Origin: an uncultured Spirochaetota bacterium
GTDB taxonomy: Bacteria > Spirochaetota > Brevinematia > Brevinematales > JAOACQ01
Direction of reading: 5' to 3'
Assembly (NCBI GenBank): GCA_963783575.1
Contig: CAWAOD010000009.1
Coordinates: 256,001 to 320,000 of the forward strand
Length of the DNA: 64,000 nt
Shown here: piece by piece, positions 1 to 8,649 of the stretch
Layout: each line of letters begins with the position of its first letter
Numbering within the stretch: the first letter of the stretch is position 1
The notes under the pieces: generated by a model
Database searches by the model: none
Seen by the model: the letters and a program-made list of their open reading frames with translations, nothing else
Told to the model about the DNA's origin: nothing
Translations under genes and position numbers: made by a program

Positions 1-485
1 TCGGCGGTTTTCATTAAAACAGTTTTGCCGTCTTCATCCTGCACGCCGACATCCGCGCCCGCCTCAATTAAAATTTTAACAATTTCAACCTTGTTATCGT
101 CATAGCTTCCTGCCGTAAGCATCAAAACCGTCTCACCGGATCGGGTTTCCCTGGCATTTACATCAGCCTTCGCAACGATCAATATTTTAACCGCCTCTGT
201 TTTGCCTTCTACCGCAGCCATCATCAAAGCCGTTCTGTCATTATACCCTTTGTATTTCGCGTTAACATCGGCATGTTTATCGATCAATGCTTTCATGGCA
301 TCCAGGCGGCCAATTCCCGACGCCAGCATCAAAGCCGTCCTTCCATATTGATCACCCATATTGACATCGCCTTGAAAACCATTAATAAACTCAGCATCAT
401 TGTTGGTCGCCGCAGTAAACAAGTTCTTTTCTGCAAAAGTTAAGACAGGTATTACAATCAGGATAAAAATTAACCACTTTTTCAT
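1..485 (-). CDS. Exported ankyrin-repeat protein (3' end outside the window)
   Basis: Manual translation from ATG at 485: MKKWLIFILIVIPVLTFAEK (signal peptide), then repeated ankyrin motifs GRTALMLAS..ADVNAK..RTALMMAA..ADVNAR..GETVLML..GADV..DGKTVLM. Not in the ORF track because it runs off the edge. Confidence 0.9.
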   Translation of the reverse strand, partial: MKKWLIFILIVIPVLTFAEKNLFTAATNNDAEFINGFQGDVNMGDQYGRTALMLASGIGRLDAMKALIDKHADVNAKYKGYNDRTALMMAAVEGKTEAVKILIVAKADVNARETRSGETVLMLTAGSYDDNKVEIVKILIEAGADVGVQDEDGKTVLMKTA

Positions 486-503
486 AAAATAATCCCCCTT
501 TAA

Positions 504-1487
504 TTAATCCCCGCCGCGGAGATTTTCACCGTTCTTGTTTTTTCCGCCCTGTACTTTTTCAAGTACGGAGCCGTCCGGATTCATTATGTATTCCGTCCCG
601 GAAAATGAAAACTCGACAATACCGCCCCTCATAAAATGGATTTTACCTTTTTTATCGATTGAAGGCTGAATGTCGATTTTCGTTTCGCTGAATGTAAGCC
701 TTTTCAGTTCATTATTGGTGATGCTGTATGAATAGATCGAATTGTCATTGCAGAAAACAAATTTGTAGGTTCCTGGAAACCAGGCAATATCGGGACCGTA
801 TGGCGGGCTGGAATAAATGTTATCAGCCCCGTTTATTTTCGTGATTATTCCCGGTTTTGAGGCCACAAAAAGACAGGGTTTGCCGTTTTCGACTCCGGCA
901 ATTACGATATAAAACTGGTCGAAAGAATAAGAAAAATAATTTTCAATCTGAACTGGCCCCAGATCCGTTTTATATAATTTTGCCAGAAAGGTTTGACCGC
1001 CGTTCTCCGATAAATAAAGTGAATCGTTAGTGATAATAAAGGAATTTTGATCGAAATTTTTCAATAATTCAGAATATTCCCGGAGATTTCTGATGCTTTT
1101 CAGGTCAGAATCGGTTTGAATATTCCTTAACATCCTTTGAGGATTCAAATGCAGCGACATTTTCAGGGAATAAAAAAGCTCATTTAAATCGGCCTGCTCC
1201 TTGTTTTCATACTGCAGCGACAGGGTACAGGCCAGGTTGTAATAAGGAACGATATAAAATGAATTCAGGTTTATGGAATTGCGGAAAAGCTGAACCGCGT
1301 CCGAATATTGCTTTTTAAGATACAGACGGTATCCGTAAGTGTTCAAAGTAATTTCATTTATATTTTTGTCCGAAAAACCGTTTCTTGCCAGAATCGGGCG
1401 GTAATCCGAGGCTTCATTAATATCCCGGCAGTATAAACCGCCCGCGGACAGAGAAAAGAATAAAATTAAAAAATAAACTGGCTTCAT
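504..1487 (-). CDS. Exported protein with TPR-like N-terminal region and TolB/beta-propeller-like C-terminal region
   Basis: Signal peptide; TPR-end-like YYNLACTLSL..DSDLKSIR; C-terminal PDIAWFP / LKRLT / QPSI / YIMNPDGS; AGGAGG RBS. Confidence 0.6.
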   Translation of the reverse strand: MKPVYFLILFFSLSAGGLYCRDINEASDYRPILARNGFSDKNINEITLNTYGYRLYLKKQYSDAVQLFRNSINLNSFYIVPYYNLACTLSLQYENKEQADLNELFYSLKMSLHLNPQRMLRNIQTDSDLKSIRNLREYSELLKNFDQNSFIITNDSLYLSENGGQTFLAKLYKTDLGPVQIENYFSYSFDQFYIVIAGVENGKPCLFVASKPGIITKINGADNIYSSPPYGPDIAWFPGTYKFVFCNDNSIYSYSITNNELKRLTFSETKIDIQPSIDKKGKIHFMRGGIVEFSFSGTEYIMNPDGSVLEKVQGGKNKNGENLRGGD

Positions 1488-1587
1488 ATTCGCCTCCTTA
1501 ATCAGTTAAACGTTATGTCAAAAGTTTTGATTGTAAATTTTTAATAACTTATTACTCTGTTTAATATTAAACACTGTTTCATACTCT

Positions 1588-1747
1588 CCCCTCCCGCGGA
1601 GGGGCTAGGGGTGGGTTTCTTTTATATCGATTTAATAATTTTTCTTTATACAATCTTTAATATAAACAGAAACTCCCTCAGCATTATTTACAACTTCTTT
1701 GTCTGTGAATCTCAAGAATTTCTACCTAAACCCCTCCGCGGGAGGGG
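1588..1747. repeat. Inverted pair of GC-rich palindromes (CCCCTCC-NNN-GGAGGGG) enclosing a DUF559-like endonuclease remnant
   Basis: 1588-1616 cccctcccgcggaggggctaggggtgggt is the approximate reverse complement of 1722-1747. The minus strand between them reads KFLRFTDKEVVNNAEGVSVYIKDCIKKNY*. Confidence 0.7.
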
Positions 1748-1916
1748 AAATGATAAAACCGACATTATTCTCATATTCCTCTATTGCTTCAATTATAAAA
1801 CTTGAATTTGAGAAAAATGCTGAAGCGATATTAATATCAACATTATCTGCATATTTTCTTAATACTTTCCCAAAATAATCATCTCTTGAAGATGAATTTG
1901 AATAAAGTTTTTCCAT
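1722..1916 (-). pseudogene. Truncated N-terminus of a PLD-like (restriction nuclease-type) protein
   Basis: AGGAG RBS; DINIASAFFSN..NVGFII resembles the first strands of PLD-type nucleases; the ORF runs into the palindrome and stops at 64 aa. Confidence 0.45.
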
Positions 1917-2011
1917 AGTATACTCCTATGAAAAATACATTTAATATAAAAAATTACTATCTTTTTAAATGTATTAAACTCAAAAAATTTATTGGTCAAG
2001 CTTCACGCATG

Positions 2012-3334
2012 CTAAAGTACTTTGGATCCCCATTCGCTGAGAGTAATGTCAATGACTTTTTCAAACCGGAGAATTTCCATTAGTTTATGGTCGTCCAGCG
2101 GGATTTGCATCAGCCCCTCTTTTACTTTATAATATTCCTTAATTTTTGCAAAAGTGTTCAATTCATCCAACGCCCTGTTTTCCGCAACCTGTATATATTT
2201 TAGCGAATCCACTTTTTTCGCCAGTTCTTCGGGAAGGACCAGAATCGACCAGCCGTTAAAAACTCTGTCAAAGATATCATATGAGAATTGGGTACGGGCG
2301 ATTTCTGAAAATGCGAGGCTTTTTACCAGTGTGTTACCATGCTTCAGGGTGACCTTTTCCCTGCTGATTTCCAAAGAGTATTGCCCTGATGCCAGTATGT
2401 TTTTAAATATCAATAAAAAACCGAAAAACATTAAAATCAGGGCGATAAACGTTGTTATAAAAAGAACAGGGAAGGGGGTATGGCTTCCGGAAGCAATTTT
2501 AGATAAGAAGATTCCGGTAAGGGAAAGGAACATCAAACCGCCGCTTTCCAGCATAAAAAATCCCATCAAATTTAAAAAGATATTGAGATTGTTTTTCCAT
2601 GAAAAGACTGTCTTGCCTTCCCGGATTGCTTTTTTTATGGTTCGAGGCAGGATTGTTTCTTTCTCAGGCCCCGATAGATTACCTGAAAGATCAACATTCT
2701 TTAAAAGATAATCCAGCCTTTCCCTGGCGTCTTTTTCATTAACCGCATAGAACAGGTCCCACCAGGCACCATCCTTTTTTGTGAAATAAACAACATAAAA
2801 ATGAGTATATCTGTCGTAAATATATTTATTAGTGCTGTCGGCCTGCCTGGTAACAGTTTCCACACGCATTTGAAAGGATGTGATTTCACCAAATGGAATA
2901 AAGCCCGACTCATGGTATTTATCTTTCAGAATAAAACGCCTTGTTGTTAGATCAAAATAACCTTCTTTGAACCTCAATTTTGTTATGGAACGCCCATAAG
3001 CAACGATCAACAATGGAATTAAGAAAACAATTAATCCGAATAAAAGCATTAGACTGCTCTGAAAAAACATTTGCCACCAATCAGCCAGTTTTATTGTAAT
3101 ATGTTTGCCGCTTAAAAGCTGAACAAAATTTACCCAAATCCGCGTATTATCTGTTTTATTAAAAAGAGCCAGCCATCCTGTAGAACCTCTGTAGATCAAG
3201 ATTGCAGCAACAGTGTATGCAGCCAGCCAGAAAAAGGCCATAATTAAAGCAAACCTGATTTTTGCGCCCAATTTGATATCGCCAGGTATTAACCCGTAAT
3301 AAAATGTGAGATTATCCTGATTCTGCCTGTTCAT
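2012..3334 (-). CDS. Hypothetical membrane protein (about 4 TM, possibly an internally duplicated 2TM + soluble unit)
   Basis: ORF 2012..3412; probable start MNRQNQ at 3334 after AGGAGG, since the upstream extension is palindromic repeat DNA. Confidence 0.7.
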   Translation of the reverse strand: MNRQNQDNLTFYYGLIPGDIKLGAKIRFALIMAFFWLAAYTVAAILIYRGSTGWLALFNKTDNTRIWVNFVQLLSGKHITIKLADWWQMFFQSSLMLLFGLIVFLIPLLIVAYGRSITKLRFKEGYFDLTTRRFILKDKYHESGFIPFGEITSFQMRVETVTRQADSTNKYIYDRYTHFYVVYFTKKDGAWWDLFYAVNEKDARERLDYLLKNVDLSGNLSGPEKETILPRTIKKAIREGKTVFSWKNNLNIFLNLMGFFMLESGGLMFLSLTGIFLSKIASGSHTPFPVLFITTFIALILMFFGFLLIFKNILASGQYSLEISREKVTLKHGNTLVKSLAFSEIARTQFSYDIFDRVFNGWSILVLPEELAKKVDSLKYIQVAENRALDELNTFAKIKEYYKVKEGLMQIPLDDHKLMEILRFEKVIDITLSEWGSKVL

Positions 3335-3419
3335 CCATTCCTCCTTTCTTAACAAGCGTGCCCCTTTGGTTCGGCCTCCGGCGTAGACAGGCCAGGCAGG
3401 CAAGCTCACCACAGGCTAA

Positions 3420-5110
3420 CAGACTGTGTGAAAACTCAGTAAAATTTTATAGTAAAATCGATTAATTATACAAAAACTCCATTTTTTGATATATTTTTCA
3501 AGCTAAAAAAATCTTAGTTTAAAAAATCTATCCGAATACGATAAACGATGGTTTATTAGCATCAAACCAGAGTCATAAGTCTCTTTATTCCCAATATATT
3601 CAATACTTTTATTAAATTATGAATGAATCCTGCCAAACTGGATTCCGTCAGAACGCCATCCTTTCCCTTCATTAAAAAATAACTGTAACCCATATTCCTT
3701 TTTATCGATCCAAATGGATGTTCACATATCTCTTTCCTTTTCTCTATGATCTTTTTCCCGGCTTCAGAACGAATTTTCCTCTTGAAGTTCTCAATTTCTT
3801 CTTTTCTAACTGGTACTTTGATACTTCGTCCTTCCACGCTTTCAGTACACTTATTTCTTACTTCACATTGGCTGCATAAGCCGCACTTGTACCTGACTAT
3901 CTCTTTTCCTCCATTGACCTTCTCTACTTTTTTCCCATTTCTCACTAATGGGTTTCCCTCCGGACAATAATAAACATCTTGTCCCGGATCATATTTGAAT
4001 TTATCAACCTGGTATTCTTCAGCAGGTACTCCTTTATTATCTTCTTTGCCTCGAATCCTTGCCTTATGTCCGTCATCCGGATTCGGCATATATACGTTAT
4101 GTCCCTTATCTATACATTCCAGTATCTGCGGTTCGCTGTAATAACCGACATCCGATACTTTGACCGTTTCAGTCTCTACCTTAAGCTCGTCCTTTATTTC
4201 TTCTACTCGGTCACACATTCCTGCCATCTGTTTGATATCATTGTTTTCATTCGTCACATCAATCGCCACAATCAGTTTATTCGCATCATCTACTGCCATC
4301 TGCAGATTATATGCAATGTCGGATTTCCCTTTATCATTCATAAACCGGCTTTCCGGGTCATTTGAATAATATTTCTCCATTTCAGGATTTCCCTCAAAAA
4401 TCTTTTTAATAGCCTCAACTTTATCCTTTTTTGTTTTCATTTTCTTTAAACGTTCCGCTATCTTTCCGGAAAGAAATTCAAATTCATTCTTTTCTTCCTT
4501 ATCGTTCTTATCCATCTCGTTCAAATATTCTTCGATCTTTTGATCTATTCTATGTATGATTTCTTCTATGTTTTTCCTATGATAAACATTGTTATTGTGG
4601 TTTTGCGCACTGATCTTGGTTCCATCAATTCCAACAACGTCAAATGATAAAAGCCCGGCTTTATGACATATCTTCAAAAATTCTCTGAATATCGACTGTA
4701 TTCCCTTCTTATTATCTTTCCTGAAGTCGGCAATCGTCTTGAAATCCGGCGCTAGTCGTCCAGTCAGCCACATCAACTCTGTGTTTCTTCGGCACTCTCT
4801 CTCTAATTTCCTGCTTGTCCTGATTTTATTCAAATATCCGTAAATATAGATTTTTAAAAGTATTTCGGATTTATATGAACTTCTGCCGGTTGATGCTTCT
4901 TTTACTTTAAAACCAACTCCTTTCATATTTAGCTTATCAACAAAAATATCTATAAACCTTACCGGATCTTCTTCTCCTAACAGATCTTCCAGTGTTTCAT
5001 TGAACAGAACTATCTGATCCCTTGATTCTCCCTCAATATGCTTCATCTCTTACTCCGATTATTTTTGTTCTAATAATTATAGCATATTTACTGTGTTTTC
5101 ACACAGTCTG
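3420..5110 (-). mobile_element. IS1182-family insertion sequence, copy 1 (1691 bp)
   Basis: Terminal inverted repeats cagactgtgtgaaaac / gttttcacacagtctg; near-identical to 35375..37065. Confidence 0.95.
3562..5046 (-). CDS. IS1182-family transposase
   Basis: LLKIYIYGYLNKIRTSRKLE..PDFKTIADFRK..IDGTKI..D-x-GY..C-x2-C-x4-C..EHPFGSIK motifs. Confidence 0.95.
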   Translation of the reverse strand: MKHIEGESRDQIVLFNETLEDLLGEEDPVRFIDIFVDKLNMKGVGFKVKEASTGRSSYKSEILLKIYIYGYLNKIRTSRKLERECRRNTELMWLTGRLAPDFKTIADFRKDNKKGIQSIFREFLKICHKAGLLSFDVVGIDGTKISAQNHNNNVYHRKNIEEIIHRIDQKIEEYLNEMDKNDKEEKNEFEFLSGKIAERLKKMKTKKDKVEAIKKIFEGNPEMEKYYSNDPESRFMNDKGKSDIAYNLQMAVDDANKLIVAIDVTNENNDIKQMAGMCDRVEEIKDELKVETETVKVSDVGYYSEPQILECIDKGHNVYMPNPDDGHKARIRGKEDNKGVPAEEYQVDKFKYDPGQDVYYCPEGNPLVRNGKKVEKVNGGKEIVRYKCGLCSQCEVRNKCTESVEGRSIKVPVRKEEIENFKRKIRSEAGKKIIEKRKEICEHPFGSIKRNMGYSYFLMKGKDGVLTESSLAGFIHNLIKVLNILGIKRLMTLV

Positions 5111-5461
5111 TAAGCTCAGGGCAGGCTGCTTGACCCAGGTGTAGATTCCTTACGCAACAAAGTTGCGTATAGCTCTGCAGAGTTTATCCCGAGCTCTGCC
5201 GAGGGAATTCCATCAGAAGATGCTTCCAGTTGCGATGCACTGAGTTTATCGAAGTGTTCTGACATTAATACCTCAAGGCTCTACCTTGAGTATTCTTTAT
5301 TGTTACCAAGGCACGAGAGCCGGAACGGGGCGGAGAATGCTCATTATATCTCCTGCCTGTTCATCAAAGCATTATGCGAATGGTTATACCCTATCGCTGA
5401 AATTCTCTGTCCCGGGCTCTCAACCCAACCCGGAAATATAAATTTATTGTCCTGAAACAGA

Positions 5462-6355
5462 TTATTTGATTTTATCTTTGAAGATGGTTTTCACGGATTC
5501 CAAAACATCTGCCGGCAGAACGACAAACTTTGAGTTCTGGGAATCTCCGAGCCTGATAAGCCCTTTGATATATTCCTGGCCGAGCAGGTAGGTTATCGGA
5601 TCGCTGCCCTCTCCTTTTAACGATTCCCCCACATATTTTATGGCATTCGCTTCGGCCTGCGCCAGTCTTTCGCGGGCCTCGGCATCACGGAGAGCAGATT
5701 CTTTCCTGCCTTCAGCCTGGAGTATCTGTGCACGCTTAAAGCCTTCGGCTTCGGTCATTGCTGCTTCCCTTTTGGCTTCCGCGTTTAAAATAGTTGCGCG
5801 TTTTTCCTGTTCGGCCTTTTTCTGGAGGGCCATCGCCTGTGCGAGCTGCTCCTGCGGAGAAACATCTTTAAGTTCAACGCGGGTAATTTTGATTCCCCAT
5901 GCGTCGGTAGCCTCATCAAGAATTGTCAACAGTTCCATATTGATCTTTTCCCTTGATGAGAAGGATTCGTCCAGCGTCAATTTTCCCATAAGCGAACGCA
6001 GGGTTGTCAAAGCGAGATTTGTAATAGCCAGGGTGGAATCCTGAATTCCGTAGCAGGCTTTATATGGGTCCATCACTTTGTAAAAAACAACGGCATCCAC
6101 TATAACCGTAGCGTTATCCTTGGTAATTATCCCCTGTGTGGGAAGAATGAGCACCTGTTCACGGATGTCAATCCGGAAGGCAATTTTAGCAAACATAGGG
6201 TTGATTAAGTTTAATCCCGGGGTCAGAATACGAGAAAACTTCCCAAATTGTTCCACAATATGATTTTCAGCCTGGGGGACAACCCGGACTCCCTTTAAGA
6301 TCAATAGAATTACGACAAATGCAACCGCGATAATAATAATATAAGTAAAAGTCAT
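5462..6355 (-). CDS. SPFH/band-7 (QmcA/stomatin-like) protein
   Basis: N-terminal TM; ITKDNATVIVDAV, SREKIN, WGIKITRVELKD, AEQEKRA coiled coil. Confidence 0.92.
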   Translation of the reverse strand: MTFTYIIIIAVAFVVILLILKGVRVVPQAENHIVEQFGKFSRILTPGLNLINPMFAKIAFRIDIREQVLILPTQGIITKDNATVIVDAVVFYKVMDPYKACYGIQDSTLAITNLALTTLRSLMGKLTLDESFSSREKINMELLTILDEATDAWGIKITRVELKDVSPQEQLAQAMALQKKAEQEKRATILNAEAKREAAMTEAEGFKRAQILQAEGRKESALRDAEARERLAQAEANAIKYVGESLKGEGSDPITYLLGQEYIKGLIRLGDSQNSKFVVLPADVLESVKTIFKDKIK

Positions 6356-6381
6356 TTCCGTTTCCTCCTATTAAAATTATT

Positions 6382-6846
6382 TTATCGGGTGTTTTCAGCT
6401 TTCAATTTTTGAACGACAAGATTTATACCTCTTGATTCGATTACCGATACTTCCTCATTTTCCATTATGGTTTCGGATGATTCCGCTTTCCATTCCTTCA
6501 GCCCATGAAAAGCGTCATATAAACGTATTTTTCCAGGTTTCCCCGGTTCTATTTTTAAAATCACTTTCCCTCGCAGGTTAATCAGCGTTGGGTCGCGAGC
6601 ATCCGCGGGTTTCAATTTTCCCATCAGTTTTTTGAAAAATAGAAACCAGACGGCCAGAAATACTATTGATGAGCTAAAAAATACCATCCACTGATAAAAG
6701 GGCGTCTTAACGATCCCTGTTAAACAAAAAACACCGGTTATTATTCCGCCGACACCAAACCAGAATATAACAAAACCCGGCAGGATTATTTCCACTCCCA
6801 TCAGAACCAATCCCAGAGCAATCCAGACAGGCCAGGCAAATCCCAT
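6382..6846 (-). CDS. NfeD-family protein (YbbJ-like)
   Basis: W..LG..L..VEIILPGF..FW TM region plus C-terminal OB-like part; adjacent to SPFH gene. Confidence 0.88.
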   Translation of the reverse strand: MGFAWPVWIALGLVLMGVEIILPGFVIFWFGVGGIITGVFCLTGIVKTPFYQWMVFFSSSIVFLAVWFLFFKKLMGKLKPADARDPTLINLRGKVILKIEPGKPGKIRLYDAFHGLKEWKAESSETIMENEEVSVIESRGINLVVQKLKAENTR

Positions 6847-7232
6847 AAATTCCCCCTAAAATATTTACCATACAATATTTCCCCGCCTTCAATCATTCAT
6901 AAAACTTTTGACACTGCTACCTTACCAGTTTAACCGGATTTTAAATAATTAATTTTACTGGCTGAGTAAAAGTTTAAGCAATAGAATTCAGATTTCGTAT
7001 AATGTCTATAAAAATATTATTTAATTTAAATCAGTAATAGTTTAGCATTAATTATGCACCATTGTCAATAACATTTGGAATATCCGGGGTTTTTTATGAT
7101 TTTTTATTACCAGTCTGTCAGCAGCCAGTTAGCTAGTAAAATTGGAATAATTTAATATTTTGACTTAGCAACACAATTTCTTTAGTCTATTTGTATCAAT
7201 AATTCATTTTCAAAAATTCAAGGAGACAAGCG

Positions 7233-7961
7233 GTGCAGGAAAATAAATCCGAACTATGGAAGCTGCCGGAAATTGTAAAAAATTTCCTTTCGGGTACGAG
7301 GCTGGCTTTTCCCGGCGCGATACAGCAGATAGAAATTATGCTTAAGATGATTGACGCCGGCCCCTGGAAAATCGAAAAATTTTTGGATTTTGGCTGTGGT
7401 GATGGGCTTTTAGGAGCGAGTATTCTTGATAAATATCCCGGATCAAAAGGCGTATTCCTGGATTTTTCAAGGGACATGCTCACTGCGGCGGAGGAAAAAC
7501 TTAAAGACTTCAAGCCCAGGGTTGAAATTGTATATTTCGATTACAGTAACCATGCTTGGACAACAAAAGTCGTTCATATGGCGCCTTTCGATGCGGTTGT
7601 GTCCGGTTATTCCATACACCATCAGCCCGATGACAGAAAAAAGGAGATCTATCTTGAAATATTCCGGCTTCTTAAACCCGGGGGAATTTTTATAAATATT
7701 GAGCATGTTCTATCTGCGAGCGATTGGATCGGCCATATTCATAATGAGAATTTTATTGATTCACTTTTCGAATTCAGAAAGGAAAAAGATTCAAGAGATA
7801 CGGTTTCAAAAGAATTTTACGGCCGGGCAGACAAGCAGTCCAATATTCTAAGTCCTGTTGAGGATCAATGCAGGTGGTTAAGAAAAATAGGCTATCAGGA
7901 TGTTGATTGTTACTTTAAAATATTCGAGCTCTGTGTTTTCGGCGGGAGAAAGCCTTTGTGA
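7233..7961 (+). CDS. Class I SAM-dependent methyltransferase (CmoA-like)
   Basis: FLDFGCGDG motif I; LDFSRDML; FDAVVSGYSIHH; LLKPGGIF. Confidence 0.88.
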   Translation: MQENKSELWKLPEIVKNFLSGTRLAFPGAIQQIEIMLKMIDAGPWKIEKFLDFGCGDGLLGASILDKYPGSKGVFLDFSRDMLTAAEEKLKDFKPRVEIVYFDYSNHAWTTKVVHMAPFDAVVSGYSIHHQPDDRKKEIYLEIFRLLKPGGIFINIEHVLSASDWIGHIHNENFIDSLFEFRKEKDSRDTVSKEFYGRADKQSNILSPVEDQCRWLRKIGYQDVDCYFKIFELCVFGGRKPL

Positions 7962-7985
7962 TTATCCGGTTTCAGGAGAAAAATT

Positions 7986-8588
7986 ATGGAAATCAGCGTA
8001 TTGTTATTTGAAAGTTTTGAAACTCTGGACGCATTCGGCCCGGTGGAAATTTTCGGAAGGCTGACTGATAGTTTTACGGTAGGGTTATACTCTGAAAAAG
8101 GAGGAATTATCACGAGTTCACAGAATATCCCCGTACTTACAAAGCCTATAGCCGAGATGCCCGATGAAGATTTCTTGATTTTAATTCCCGGGGGTATAGG
8201 AACCCGCACATTATTAAATAATATTCCCATAATCGACTTTATAAAAAACAAAGCGGCAAAAGCCGGTTATATACTGTCAGTCTGCACCGGATCGGTACTT
8301 TTGGCGCAATCCGGAGTCCTTTCCGGAAGAAGCGCGACTACAAATAAAAGAGTATATAACTGGGTTACTCAATACGGCAAAGATATAAAATGGGTAAAAA
8401 AAGCAAGATGGGTTAAGGATGGCAATATATACACATCTTCGGGTGTAAGCGCGGGGATTGATATGACATTGGGCTTTATAAGCGATATTCTTGGAGAAAA
8501 AACAGCCGAACAACAGAGCATTGAGATTGAATATATCCGGAACAGAAATCCGGAAGAAGACCCTTTCAGCGCAATTTATGATTTGTAA
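7986..8588 (+). CDS. DJ-1/PfpI family protein
   Basis: LDAFGPVEIF, LIPGG, SVCTGS (catalytic Cys), TSSGVSAGID. Confidence 0.92.
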   Translation: MEISVLLFESFETLDAFGPVEIFGRLTDSFTVGLYSEKGGIITSSQNIPVLTKPIAEMPDEDFLILIPGGIGTRTLLNNIPIIDFIKNKAAKAGYILSVCTGSVLLAQSGVLSGRSATTNKRVYNWVTQYGKDIKWVKKARWVKDGNIYTSSGVSAGIDMTLGFISDILGEKTAEQQSIEIEYIRNRNPEEDPFSAIYDL

Positions 8589-8649
8589 TTTTGACTAAAA
8601 ATACAATTTTGCTTAAAATTTTATAAATCTGGAGATTTATTAAAGATTA

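Noticed and set aside
7233..7961. Methyltransferase as a possible arsM
   Set aside because: It lacks the ArsM cysteine pattern, lies about 30 kb from the ars genes and looks CmoA-like
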